Origin: Armatimonadota bacterium
Lineage (GTDB): Bacteria; Armatimonadota; SYMT01
Assembly: GCA_041690135.1 (NCBI GenBank)
Contig: JAWLHY010000011.1
Location: forward strand, 128,001 to 192,000
Reading direction: 5' to 3'
DNA: 64,000 nt
The notes under the pieces were generated by a model. The model searched no databases, was not told the DNA's origin, and was given only the letters and a program-made list of their open reading frames with translations. How positions within the stretch are numbered: the stretch's first letter is position 1; every line of letters starts with the position of its first letter. This document shows positions 40,506-50,731 of this stretch, in pieces. The translations under genes were made by a program, and so were the position numbers.

Positions 40506-40997
40506 ATGACCAACTGGGACCTCGTGTTCCCCTACTCAGAAGAGGCAGCCGGGTGGCTCCCAGAGCAGGGACTGCCCCACCCGGAAGTCCGTGGCGGGAA
40601 TCGGCTACCCACCACCGCTGAGTTGCAGACCGCTCTGGCAACCCTCTCCCCGGACCCCTCCTAGCTCCCCGTCATTATTGACGGCTTCGACTGGCAGGAC
40701 GAGAACGCTGTACCGGACGGAGCCTTCAAGATGCGCGGGGACCTGGAGACGGAACTCCGTGTCCTGATGCAGTTGGGCCACCGCTGTGGGCAGTTGTGGC
40801 TTTATCCCGATACGGGAGCGCCCGCCCTCGTTGTCGACGCGGCGCTGGACATCGACGAAGTTGCCGCCCTTTATGGCTGCCTGGTGAGTGCCGAGGACGG
40901 GTGGGAGCAGGTCCACTGGCAACTCTACGGCCCCCAGGACCCGGAGCGGAACTATTACCTGACGGCGGATCCCCTTCCTGGCCACAAAATGCCGTAA
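40506..40997 (+). pseudogene. Hypothetical gene interrupted by one in-frame TAG
   Basis: ATG 40506 lies 3 nt after the Rpn stop and is in frame with the 40731-40997 ORF. The only interruption is TAG at 40662-40664. Confidence 0.55.
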
Positions 40998-41075
40998 TCC
41001 CGTAGCGGCCTGAGCCGCGTCAACCTTGTTCACCTGCATCTTCCCCTTTGGGGGCACACTGAGGCTGGAGGGGAC

Positions 41076-41633
41076 ATGGGGGACGTGCCGGTACGACGCT
41101 TTGGACGGGAGTGGTGGGGCCGCTTCGTGCGACACTACCTGCGGGATATGGTCTACGCCGCGAACGACGGACTGATCACCACGTTTGCGGTGGCGGCGGG
41201 AGTGCGCGGCGCGGACCTCTCCGCGCTGGTAGTCCTGGCGTTGAGCTTCGCCAACCTGGCCGCCGACGGCCTCTCCATGGCGGTGGGCAACTACCTGGGC
41301 ATCAAGTCGGAGCGTGCCGTGGAGGAAGGGGACCGCTTCCAGGAGTGGGAGGAAACGGTGCACGCCTCCAAGCATGGCGCGGTCACCTGGGCGGCTTTTA
41401 TTACCGCGGGCCTGTTCCCCGTTCTCCCCTTCTTCGGGCCACAGCCGCTCGAGGTGGCGTTCCTGTGGTCGGTAGCAGTTTCCGGGTTCGCCCTGTTCAC
41501 CATCGGGGCGGCACGTACCCTGGTTACCCGACGGTCCTGGTGGCGCAGCGGGGCGGAGATGCTGGGGGTGGGCGCCCTCGCCGGCCTGGCAGCCTACTTC
41601 GCCGGCATGCTGGTGGAACGAATGCTCCGCTGA
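41076..41633 (+). CDS. VIT1/CCC1-family transporter (Fe/Mn)
   Basis: LRDMVYAANDGLITTFAV, ANLAADGLSMAVGNYLG. Confidence 0.9.
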   Translation: MGDVPVRRFGREWWGRFVRHYLRDMVYAANDGLITTFAVAAGVRGADLSALVVLALSFANLAADGLSMAVGNYLGIKSERAVEEGDRFQEWEETVHASKHGAVTWAAFITAGLFPVLPFFGPQPLEVAFLWSVAVSGFALFTIGAARTLVTRRSWWRSGAEMLGVGALAGLAAYFAGMLVERMLR

Positions 41634-41658
41634 GCCGGCGTTGGCTTCTTCGGGACAG

Positions 41659-41703
41659 GACAAGAGCCCCTCCCCTGGAGTCATCAGGGAAGGGGCTCTT
41701 GTC
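41659..41703. terminator. Probable bidirectional terminator hairpin between convergent genes
   Basis: GACAAGAGCCCCTCCCCTG-N7-CAGGGAAGGGGCTCTTGTC, a 19-bp stem with 1 mismatch. Confidence 0.65.
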
Positions 41704-41771
41704 AAACTGGATCGCTCGAAGCCGGGGCAGCCGACACTTGCGATGGAGTGCTCCGCCTGGAAGGGGGCCTT

Positions 41772-42179
41772 CTACCGGACGATGAGCACCGAGCACTGTA
41801 CCTGGTCGACCACCGACTTGGCGGTGCTGCCGAGGAACATCTCTTCGAGGAGGCTGTGGCCCTTGTGGCCGACCACCAGCAGGTCGTAACCGTCTCTGGC
41901 TTCGGTGGCCAGGGCATGGAGCGGCGTTTCCATGGAGAGCCGCGTTCCCACCGTCTCCACGCCGGCCTGGCGCACGCGTTCGGCGCCCTGGTCGGCGGTC
42001 CACTGCGCGTGGTCCTCATCCAGGGCCATGGTCACCACGCCGTCTTCCCGGACCAGCCGGTCGTTGGCGGCGGTCAGCACCGTCACCGAGGCGCCGTACA
42101 GTTTCGCGATCTCGCTCGCGCGGTCGACAGCGTGTCGCGCGGGCTCGGAACCGTCGTATCCCACCAGAATGCGTTTCAT
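41772..42179 (-). CDS. Universal stress protein (UspA family)
   Basis: KRILVGYDGS, DLLVVGHKG, FLGSTAKSVV...CSVLIVR. Confidence 0.93.
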   Translation of the reverse strand: MKRILVGYDGSEPARHAVDRASEIAKLYGASVTVLTAANDRLVREDGVVTMALDEDHAQWTADQGAERVRQAGVETVGTRLSMETPLHALATEARDGYDLLVVGHKGHSLLEEMFLGSTAKSVVDQVQCSVLIVR

Positions 42180-42221
42180 GGATGCCTCCTTGCAGCCTCA
42201 GGTTACCCGCTCTTCAGGCTG

Positions 42222-44888
42222 TTAGTGGTTGAAAAGGAACTCCGGTGAGTTCAACAGCACCCAGAGCAGGTCTTCGATGGCCTTGCGGCGGGTGACACCC
42301 TCGCCCTGGAACGCAGCTTTCGCGGCCTGCGCCTCCTCCGGCCGCGGGTAGCGGTTGTACACGGAGAGGTACAGCTCCTCGATGATCTGCTCCTCGGGCT
42401 TGCCCGACTTCTCCAGATCCGTTACCACGCCCTTCTCGGCGGTGAGCCGGTTCTGGACGGCGGGGCTGTTCATGAGGTGGAGCACCTGGGTGACACTGCC
42501 GTCCGTGGGGCGGTCGCATTCGCACACGCTCAAGCGAGAGGGCTTGCCGAAGACTTCCAGGAACTCGACCGGCAGCTTATTATCCCACATCTGGATGGCG
42601 CGGGTAGTGGCGGGATGGCCGGAGAAGACCTCGGGCACCCCCGTCACCTGGCCGACGGAGTCCAGCAGCACTTCCGCGGGAAGCCGCTTGACGTAGAACC
42701 GGGAGTAATTGCGCGTATCCTTCGCGTTGTTGGGGGTGGCCTCGCTGCTGCGCTGGTAGGCCGCCGAGTTGACGATGGTCCGCAGCAGGTGCTTCAGGTC
42801 GTACCCGTGCTCCACGAAGTCCTTCGCCATCGCGTCCAGCAGGGTCTCGTTGCTGGCCGGGTTCGTGGAGCGGAAGTCGTCCACCGGCTCCACCAGCCCG
42901 CGACCCATCATCAGGCCCCACATCCGGTTGACGATGGTACGGGCGAAATAGGGGTTCTCTTTCGCCGTCATCCAGCTCGCCAGCGCCTCGCGTCGGTCCT
43001 CTCCTTCCGCGATCTCCGGAGCCGGAGCGCCGAGGGGGCGCGGCGGCATCACTTCGCCTGTTTTCGGGTGCTTGCTCTCGCCGTCCGGTGCATGGTAGAC
43101 GATCCGCTCAAACTCCCGCGAGCCCTTCTGCCTGATCCGGGCAAAGAAGGCGGTGAAGGAGTAGAAGTCGTCCTGGCCCCACCGCTCGAAGGGATGGTGG
43201 TGGCACTGGGCGCAGTCCAGCCGCACGCCCAGGAAAAGCTGGCTGATCGATTTCGCCCGCTCCTCCGGAGAGGCGAGAGCGCGGTAGAAGTTGGCGGGAC
43301 CGTCGCGGTAGGTTTCTCCGGAAGCGATCACGATCTCGCGGGCGAACTGATCGAACGGCTTGTTCTGCCGGAAGCTCTCCCGCACCCACCGGTCGTAGGC
43401 AAAGGCGCCCTTGGGGAACAGCGGGTCGCGATCCACCAGCAGCAGGTTCACCCAGCGCATGCCCCAGTAGTCGGCGTATTCGGGGCGGTTGAGGAGGTTC
43501 TCCACCAGCCTGGCGCGAGTTTTCAGGGCCAAAGGCCGATTAGGATGAGGATTAAGATTGGGATTAGGAGGGGTCTTCCCCGTAATCCCTTCTCCCTTGC
43601 TCCCTGCTCCCCCGCTCCCCTGCGCATTGTTAGCGGCACCAGCCTGGTGCTCCGCATCACACTCAGCCAGAAACGCACGCGTCTCGGCGGCGGTGGGCAG
43701 GGTGCCGATCAGGTCGAGGGAGGCGCGGCGCAGGAAGGTGGCGTCGTCGCAGGGTGTCGAGGGCAGCAGGTTGAGCTGGGCCAGCTTGCGGTAGACGTGG
43801 TCGTCGATGTAGTTGCGGCGGGGCAGGCGGTCGTACTCGGAGCGGGCCACGTTCGCGGGCAGCGGTACGGTGACGCGTGCCACCGCGACCTGGCCCATGT
43901 ACCGGACCATCACCGCGGCTTCACCGGCCAGGCGGGACGACTCCAGCAGACCGTTCTCGTGAGCCTGCACGACGGACTCTTCGTTCGACTTGTACTCCGC
44001 CAGGGCGGTCACGTCGCGCCGGCTGCCGTCTGAATAGACCGCGGTGGCCAGCATCTGCTGGCTCTTTCCGGGTACGAGCATCCGTTCGGTGGGCTCGATC
44101 TCCACCCGCTCCACCACGGGCAGTTGGGGGGAATCCTCACGTGCCCCTTCCGCGATCCAGCGCGCCAGGAGGCGATACTCGGGGGAGCCGGTTTTGAACC
44201 GCTGGCCCCCGCCGTGCGGGACGGTGGCGGTCGCCTTGAGCAGCAGCAGGCTGTTGCCCGGCTCCGGACGGTTGATTCGGCGGGAATCGGCCTGCCGGGC
44301 CACGGAGTAGTAGTCCGTCTCCGGGTCGTAAGCCAGCACGGAGAGCTGGAACCCCCCTTTACCGCCCTGCTTGGCATGGCAGGCGGCCTGGCTGCAGCCG
44401 GCGCGCGTGAGGACGGGAAGCACGTCATTCCGGAAGCTCAGGGAATCCTCCAACTGGGAACCCTTCGCCTGCACCGGCACCCGGGCGGTAACGCCGCCGG
44501 CGGAGACCACTACCGTGGTCGCGCCGTCCCCCATGCTCCGCAGCACCCCGTCCGCACCCACGGCTACCACCTTCGAGTTGCCGCTCCGGTAGGTGGCCGA
44601 GCGCGTCAGGTCCACCGCCTGCCCACCGCGAAGGACGCCGGTGACCAAGAGGGTCTGCGAGGCGCCCTTCCCGCTCAACTGGACTTTCGCCGGGGAGATC
44701 TGCAGCGAGGCGTAGGCTGGCGCTGCGGCCTTGGGAGCCGGTTTCACCGCCTTACGGGCGGGTTTCGCCACCCTACGGGCCGGGCCCGATTTTGTCTTCG
44801 GGACAGCTCGGGACTTCGGTGCTGCTTCCGTAGGTGAGGCGACGGCCAGGCCGGCGATGACGAGTGCGGGGAGAAAGAGTGCGCGCAT
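42222..44888 (-). CDS. DUF1549/DUF1553 protein with Ig-like (Big_2-type) domains
   Basis: Signal peptide, SFRNDVLPVL..AGCSQAACH, FLRRASLDLIGTLP, CAQCHHHPF, VNRMW, NSPEFLFNH. Confidence 0.9.
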   Translation of the reverse strand: MRALFLPALVIAGLAVASPTEAAPKSRAVPKTKSGPARRVAKPARKAVKPAPKAAAPAYASLQISPAKVQLSGKGASQTLLVTGVLRGGQAVDLTRSATYRSGNSKVVAVGADGVLRSMGDGATTVVVSAGGVTARVPVQAKGSQLEDSLSFRNDVLPVLTRAGCSQAACHAKQGGKGGFQLSVLAYDPETDYYSVARQADSRRINRPEPGNSLLLLKATATVPHGGGQRFKTGSPEYRLLARWIAEGAREDSPQLPVVERVEIEPTERMLVPGKSQQMLATAVYSDGSRRDVTALAEYKSNEESVVQAHENGLLESSRLAGEAAVMVRYMGQVAVARVTVPLPANVARSEYDRLPRRNYIDDHVYRKLAQLNLLPSTPCDDATFLRRASLDLIGTLPTAAETRAFLAECDAEHQAGAANNAQGSGGAGSKGEGITGKTPPNPNLNPHPNRPLALKTRARLVENLLNRPEYADYWGMRWVNLLLVDRDPLFPKGAFAYDRWVRESFRQNKPFDQFAREIVIASGETYRDGPANFYRALASPEERAKSISQLFLGVRLDCAQCHHHPFERWGQDDFYSFTAFFARIRQKGSREFERIVYHAPDGESKHPKTGEVMPPRPLGAPAPEIAEGEDRREALASWMTAKENPYFARTIVNRMWGLMMGRGLVEPVDDFRSTNPASNETLLDAMAKDFVEHGYDLKHLLRTIVNSAAYQRSSEATPNNAKDTRNYSRFYVKRLPAEVLLDSVGQVTGVPEVFSGHPATTRAIQMWDNKLPVEFLEVFGKPSRLSVCECDRPTDGSVTQVLHLMNSPAVQNRLTAEKGVVTDLEKSGKPEEQIIEELYLSVYNRYPRPEEAQAAKAAFQGEGVTRRKAIEDLLWVLLNSPEFLFNH

Positions 44889-45115
44889 TGGGATTCCCGT
44901 GCGTAAGAAGTCTAAGGTCTAGGACACGAGCGGAAGGGGGGAGTTACAGGGGCGAGGGATCCGCGATGTTGATTATGTCTTGGGGCAGCTGCTGCGCGCG
45001 CCGCACTCTGACCACCCGAACACCTCTAAAAGGCTTTTCCCATTCGCCTCATTCGCCCCGCTTGCGGATCGCCTGAACACCTGAACGCTCGAACACCCGA
45101 ACACCTAATCCGTTC

Positions 45116-45376
45116 TTATGGCCAGAAGTGGTCGTAGAAGAGGGTGTCGAAGAGGGCCTTACCGCCGAAGATCAAGGCACCGAGGACGACGGCCACGTCG
45201 CGGAGGGGCAGCCAGGCCTCGAGAATGGGGAGCGGGAGTTGGAGCAGGAACCAGGCCACCATGCCGATAGCGCTGAGGCGCAGCCCCAGGATCAACAGCC
45301 GCTCCGTCCAGGTCATCGGCAGGTCGGGGGCGGGCTGCGGCTCGGTCGCCTCGGTTGGCAGGGGGGCAGTGCTCAT
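45116..45376 (-). CDS. Small 2-TM membrane protein
   Basis: ATG 45376; two hydrophobic helices; ends GKALFDTLFYDHFWP; co-oriented with the clpS cluster. Confidence 0.6.
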   Translation of the reverse strand: MSTAPLPTEATEPQPAPDLPMTWTERLLILGLRLSAIGMVAWFLLQLPLPILEAWLPLRDVAVVLGALIFGGKALFDTLFYDHFWP

Positions 45377-45405
45377 GGGGGCTCCGGCGCACGCGCGGCG
45401 CGGCC

Positions 45406-45894
45406 CTACTCCTTGATCAGCTCCATCTCTTTCCCGCAGCAGGCGCAGGGCCCGAAATCTTCCGTGTAGATGGTGCAGACCGAGCAGAAGAAACGCCGCT
45501 TCAACGCGGCGGCATCGGTCGGTTGGAAAGCCAGGATCTCCAGCAGCATGGACCGGGGGAAGTGCCGCGCCCGGACCTCCACCGCCTTCCCGGCCAGGTC
45601 GGCACCAAGGAGCTTGCGGTACTGCTCGGTATCCAGGAAGGAGTAGATCTGCCCTTCCGGCAGCGCCAGACCCCACTGCTGCTCCGGTCCCGCCCCGGCA
45701 ATGCGCGCGCCGTACTTCCGGGCCATCTCCTCCTGCAGTGAGATCAGCCGTCCCCGCAGGGTGACCTCTTTCAGGTCCCCGTAGGCGAAGCCGACGTCGC
45801 CCGCCTTCTGCCCCTGGGCGCGGAGGACGCCCGCGGCCAGCAGCGATAGCACCAGGGCGCCGGCCCACGCGGCCGGCCGGAAGCGGCGGTTCAT
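45406..45894 (-). CDS. Secreted protein with a C-terminal Cys-rich metal-binding motif
   Basis: Signal peptide; FFCSVC...GPCACCGKEMEL. Confidence 0.7.
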   Translation of the reverse strand: MNRRFRPAAWAGALVLSLLAAGVLRAQGQKAGDVGFAYGDLKEVTLRGRLISLQEEMARKYGARIAGAGPEQQWGLALPEGQIYSFLDTEQYRKLLGADLAGKAVEVRARHFPRSMLLEILAFQPTDAAALKRRFFCSVCTIYTEDFGPCACCGKEMELIKE

Positions 45895-45904
45895 CAGGCG
45901 ACCC

Positions 45905-46207
45905 TCAGCAGGCGCGGTCGGTCTCTACCTGCAGCTTGATTGCGCGGAGGATGTCGGCGACCCGCTCGCACTTCTCGAGCGTGCCGGTGAAAGCGATGGC
46001 GCGCCCCGTATGGTGCGCCTCTTCGGTAATCCAGCAGGCCTTTTCGTAGGAGCAGCCGGTGGCCTTCTGGACCTGCGAAACCACCTGATCAATCGGGTGC
46101 CAGTCGTCGTTGTACAGGATGACTACCCAGGGACTGTCGGTGTTCTCCTCCAATTGATCGAGGATACCGGGCGCAATCTGAATGACGGTTTCGGTTTCGG
46201 TAGGCAT
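45905..46207 (-). CDS. clpS: ATP-dependent Clp protease adaptor ClpS
   Basis: WVVILYNDDWH, EAHHTGRA. Confidence 0.88.
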   Translation of the reverse strand: MPTETETVIQIAPGILDQLEENTDSPWVVILYNDDWHPIDQVVSQVQKATGCSYEKACWITEEAHHTGRAIAFTGTLEKCERVADILRAIKLQVETDRAC

Positions 46208-46262
46208 CGGTCTCTACTACTCCCTCTTGCTCCAGGTTCGACGATGGGGTGAACGTCCGGCA

Positions 46263-47993
46263 CTATTGTACTCCAATCGGACCCCGGATCAAAAGTGGAC
46301 CCGGAGGCCGCACGCGCTCCCGGAGGGTCCAGTTCGCATCCTTCTCCGCCCACGCGCGGATCGCCTCCTGGTGCTCCGGCGTGAGGCCAAGCGCCTGCCC
46401 CACGTGCTGCTCGATCGCTTCTTCCAGGGCCCGTTGCTCTTCCAGGTCCTCGCTCGTTTCACGGCGCCCCACCAGCTCCGCGACCGCCGCGGCCCGCTCC
46501 TCGTCCCACTCCCCCAGCGGCACGTCGACCAGGAAGGAGCGGAGGAAGTGGAGGTAACCGTCGTTCACGTGGCCGCCGTAGAAGACGTGCGAGTAGAAGA
46601 AGTGGACCGCCCGCGAGCAGAGCAGCCCCACGAGCGCGCGGGAATGACGGTGGAGCGCGGGGGTGTACAGGTGGGGCTCGCGCAGCACGCCGCAGAGGAA
46701 GGTGTCCTTGAGGATGTGACCGTCCGGATCAAAGGCGGCGCGCAGGGTGCGACCGTGCTGGCAGATGGCGATCTTCGGCTGCTCGAACAGGGCTACGGGC
46801 GGCACGCAGTTCTCATCCAGGCGCAGGTGCTCCTCGTGGTAGTCGATCCACCACCCCGCCCACCGCAGCCGGTACCGGGTGACCTCTCCGTTGCCGGAGA
46901 AGGCGCCCCCGCCCAGGAACCGTCGGGCCTGGTCCGAATCGGGCCGCTCCGGGGTGACGTACCGGTTCCGCAGCCCCTTCCGGTGGAACGACACGCTCCA
47001 GCGGATGTCGAGCACGTCGTGGAGGCGCCCCTGTTCACGGGTGAGGAAGAGCCGGTCGAGCGCCTCGCGCAACACGGGACTCCCCGGCGGAGGGAAGAAG
47101 GCCCGCGACTCCGTACGGCGATACCAGCCGGCCGGCATCAGCGTGCTGGCGCTCCGCTGGATACCCCCTGCATCGGCCCGGGAGATCTGCGCCGTTTCGA
47201 TGCCCTGCGGCGCCTCTTCCGGAGTGCCACCGGCAAAAAGCACCACGGGATAGACGGCCGCCTCCGCGAACACCCGGGCCTGCGTGGCGAACCAGAGCCG
47301 GCGGAGCTGCCCGTCTTCCAGCAGTTGCTCTCGCAGCCCCTGGGCCGCGCTGTTGACGAGCACCTTGTTTGGGAGTACGAATGCCAGCCGGTCCTCCGGC
47401 CGCAGCCAGCCCAGGCAGACATGCAGGAAATAGAGGCAGAGGTCCGGCGCGCCGTTGAGCACCCCGGGAAAGCGCCGCCGTAGCTCCTTCCGCAGTTCCC
47501 GCGGGAGGCGCTTGGCTTCCACGTAGGGAGGGTTGCCGACCACCAGCAACCGTTCCGCGGGCCGGAGGGAGATCCCCGCCGTCTCCAGGAGTGCCGCCGG
47601 GTCGCTATCCCGCAAGACATCGGCCTGGAAGACACGCACCTGGTCCGGCGGCACCTCGACTTCGAGTTGCTCCGCGAAGGCCGTGCTGAGGCGCACTCGC
47701 GCCGCTTCCACCGCTTCCGCGTGGATATCGAACCCGATGAGGCGACCCGCCACCTGCCGGGCCGCGGCTTCCCGGTCCTGGTCCGGCAAGCGCTCCACCA
47801 GCGCCACCAGCGCCTCCAGCGCCCCCTGCAGGAAGCTCCCGTCCCCGCAGGCGGGGTCCAGGATCCAGTCCCGCGGTGTCGGCTGGAGGCTTTCGAGCAT
47901 CATCGCCACCAGTTCCCGGGGGGTGTAGTACTGGCCGCGCAGCTTGCTTTCGGAGGTCTGGGACTGGTAGTGGTTGAGATCGGTGGAGGACAT
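46263..47993 (-). CDS. N6-adenine DNA methyltransferase (Eco57I/TaqI-like, gamma class)
   Basis: GQYYTP, ILDPACGDGSFL (motif I), VVGNPPY (motif IV), TaqI_C-like region (LFEQPKIAI). Start at ATG 47993. Confidence 0.88.
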   Translation of the reverse strand: MSSTDLNHYQSQTSESKLRGQYYTPRELVAMMLESLQPTPRDWILDPACGDGSFLQGALEALVALVERLPDQDREAAARQVAGRLIGFDIHAEAVEAARVRLSTAFAEQLEVEVPPDQVRVFQADVLRDSDPAALLETAGISLRPAERLLVVGNPPYVEAKRLPRELRKELRRRFPGVLNGAPDLCLYFLHVCLGWLRPEDRLAFVLPNKVLVNSAAQGLREQLLEDGQLRRLWFATQARVFAEAAVYPVVLFAGGTPEEAPQGIETAQISRADAGGIQRSASTLMPAGWYRRTESRAFFPPPGSPVLREALDRLFLTREQGRLHDVLDIRWSVSFHRKGLRNRYVTPERPDSDQARRFLGGGAFSGNGEVTRYRLRWAGWWIDYHEEHLRLDENCVPPVALFEQPKIAICQHGRTLRAAFDPDGHILKDTFLCGVLREPHLYTPALHRHSRALVGLLCSRAVHFFYSHVFYGGHVNDGYLHFLRSFLVDVPLGEWDEERAAAVAELVGRRETSEDLEEQRALEEAIEQHVGQALGLTPEHQEAIRAWAEKDANWTLRERVRPPGPLLIRGPIGVQ

Positions 47994-48376
47994 CGTGGAC
48001 CATTCTGCCCGGCAAAGCAGGCGGGGTACGTGTGAGCCAATCCGGGCAGGCACTTGCGGTTTCGGTCCGCGAAGAAACCTCACCCCCGCCACCCACTTCG
48101 TGGGTACCCGGCTCTCCGACACAGAGAGGGGCTATCGGTGCACTGACAATACGGCGTAACATCCACCTGGACAAGCAGTGGTGACTGCTTCCACCCCTAA
48201 AAGGGCAGCAAATCAAACCCAGGAAGGGCACCATGGGAGAATTATGCGCCAGCCTCTCAGGTTCCTTACCAGCCCCGAATCCTGCGCTCTGAAGGGCCGA
48301 TGGGAATAGCCCCCCTACTGTCCCGATTCACTGGTGTATCACCTGGCACGGAATCTCCGTCTAATAGAGTCAGACC

Positions 48377-49330
48377 ATGATCGGACGAAAGGCCCTCTTT
48401 CTTCTGGCTCTTCTGGGCGGGATTCTCGGCGTGGCGTGGCTCGGCTACCTGAAGCTGCGGCAGCCGATGCTGGACCGCGCCCTGTTGATGGCCGTCGCCG
48501 CCCGGGACACACACAAGCTGGATGAGGTGTTGGCCCAGGGAGCGAATCCGAACACCATCGACCGCACCAACCGCATGAGCGCGATCTCCTGGGCCGTCCT
48601 GGTGAAAGACGAGCCGGTACTCCGAAAGCTCTTGAAGCACGGCGCGGACCCCCGGAGTGCCCGGAGTCTCGTTGGCGAACCGATCCTCAAGACAGCGATC
48701 CGCAGCGGTAGTCCGGAGTGCGTGCGCCTGCTCCTGGACCATGGCCTGAGTGCCGCCGAGAGCTTCTCGTCGCGGGAGACGCCGTTGATGAGCGCTGCGG
48801 GCGCAGGAAACGTGAAGATCGTGGCGTTGCTTCTCGACCGCGGCGCGAAGGTGAATGAAGAGGGCTCGAACCGCATGACGCCGCTGATGGAAGCGGTCGA
48901 GAAGGGCCACGCGACGGTCGTGCGCCTGCTGCTCGCCCGGGGCGCGGAGATCGAGCGCACCCAGCGACGCGAAACTCCCTTGATTCGAGCCTGTCGTTTG
49001 AATAAGCCTGCGGTGGCCCGGGTTCTGATCGAAGCCGGCGCGGACGTGAACGCCCGGGACCGGGATCGCTGGACGTCGCTCCACTGGGCTACGCGCCGCC
49101 AGGATCTTGCCACCATGCGCCTGCTGGTCGGGAAGGGGGCGAAGGTGAACCCGCGCGACGGCAGCGGGCAAACACCCCTCATGTGGGCCGCCATCTACGG
49201 AAACACGCACGTGGCGCGGTGGCTGCTGGACCACGGCGCCGATCCCTCCCTGCGGGACAGCCGCAAGCAGACTGCACGGAACCTGGCTCTCATACACCGG
49301 TCACCACTGAGGCACAGAGACACGGAATAG
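48377..49330 (+). CDS. Membrane-anchored ankyrin-repeat protein
   Basis: N-terminal TM; ~8 TPLMxA...LLxxGAxVN repeats. Confidence 0.9.
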   Translation: MIGRKALFLLALLGGILGVAWLGYLKLRQPMLDRALLMAVAARDTHKLDEVLAQGANPNTIDRTNRMSAISWAVLVKDEPVLRKLLKHGADPRSARSLVGEPILKTAIRSGSPECVRLLLDHGLSAAESFSSRETPLMSAAGAGNVKIVALLLDRGAKVNEEGSNRMTPLMEAVEKGHATVVRLLLARGAEIERTQRRETPLIRACRLNKPAVARVLIEAGADVNARDRDRWTSLHWATRRQDLATMRLLVGKGAKVNPRDGSGQTPLMWAAIYGNTHVARWLLDHGADPSLRDSRKQTARNLALIHRSPLRHRDTE

Positions 49331-50510
49331 GTCACGGAGAGGAATTTGAGGAGGTGGAACTCCTGGTGATCTGTCCTGGGAGTCGGTGTCCTGGAATTCC
49401 AGGTGGGCCATTTGCCACCCAGGTTCTTCTTGTCCTCGGTCGCTCTGCGTCACGGCAAGACTGGCTCGTGGTGAATGGCATGCGCTCTACCCATGCACCC
49501 GGAGATGTAGGGCGGAATCTCTGTCCCCGCCTGCCTGTGGCCTTGCACCCGTCCGGCCATGTGAAGGGTGGCTCCGGCACCCCGCAAGAGCTGGTACACG
49601 GTATGGCCTCGGTCCTTGCACCCGCAGAAGTAGGGCGGAGGCTCCCCTACGGGCAAGCTGTCCCCGCCGCGCTTTGGACTTGCACCGGTGCCGCCGTGTG
49701 AGACCCCGCTTACCCCGGGCATGGGGGAACCCGCGAGGCAAATGACCCACCAGTTGGCGTCCTTCAACTCTGGGCCTATCCGGTGCTCGGTCCCGGCCCC
49801 AGCCCTGGGGCCGCGGCCTCACGCGTCGCCCGCTGACGGCCACGCAGCCTTGCACGCGGGATTGTCCACCCGGCCCTCTGCGTGAACGTGGTCCGTTGGC
49901 TGTGAACCGCCGCGCCCGTGGTGAGCGTTCTGGACTCCTTGCCGGCGTTCTCGTAGTAGACGACCACCGAGGGGATCGACCCCAGCCCATATCTTGGATC
50001 GGTGAGCGGGCATCAGAGATGGCTCGTTCCCGAAGCGCGTTCTGGATTCTTTACCGGCGTGTTCGTGCCCTACGCCTACCGAGGGGGTCGACCCCAGCCC
50101 TTGTCTTGGGTCCAGGGCTTGGCCCTTTTTGAACCCACTCTGGGACCCGCACCCAGGACACGACCCCCGGCCCTCGGCTTGGACCGTCCCCCTCCCGCGG
50201 AATTGGCCTCCGCTCCGCCTTTCACGCCACCCCGAAGGGGACCCCGGCTAACGGCGGGCTTCGGCGTGCGCGGCGCAGGCTGAGCGCCGCGCTGCAGACG
50301 GGCGTTGGTTGCGGTACGGGCGTAGACAGGGGACGGTCCGGCGCCTCAAGCCAGCCCCCCTCCGCCAGGGGGGCTCTCAGGTGCCCGGCCCCGACGGCCG
50401 GCCTTTGGGACGAGCTTTGGCGGGGCGACGGGCGGCACCTCGGCGCACCCCGAGGGGCGCAAACCGTCGAACTGTCCCCCTCTCCAGGGGGGCTCTCAGG
50501 AGGCCGGTGG

Positions 50511-50731
50511 TTGTGCACGGGCGCGCGCGTATTGAGCGTTCTGGATGCCTTTCCGGGCATGTTCGAAACCGGGCTTTCCACCGCCGGGTTGCAGGAGGTT
50601 CCGCGGCACGCGGCGGACCTGCTGGCAGACGGTGACTCTTTCCGGGCCTATCACGTCTGCGCCGCGTGCGGGCGCGGGTGGCCGTGCTGGGCCGGCAGGA
50701 GCCGGTTCCGGAAACGCTGGTGCGGGTATGA
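50511..50731 (+). pseudogene. cas2: Degraded cas2
   Basis: ARVLSVLDAF..MFETGL...L..V...AADLLADGDSFRAYHVCAAC, then after a frameshift ARVAVLGRQEPVPETLVRV-TGA(50729). This matches the Cas2 pattern (SVFE, DSxRxYxLCxxC, xxVLG). It lacks the N-terminal YD and RVQ and lies directly before a leader and array. Confidence 0.65.

Noticed and set aside
50002-50283. Possible cas1 or cas6 remnant (ALGLD, AGFG motifs)
   Set aside because: The motifs are too short to support a call without a profile search.
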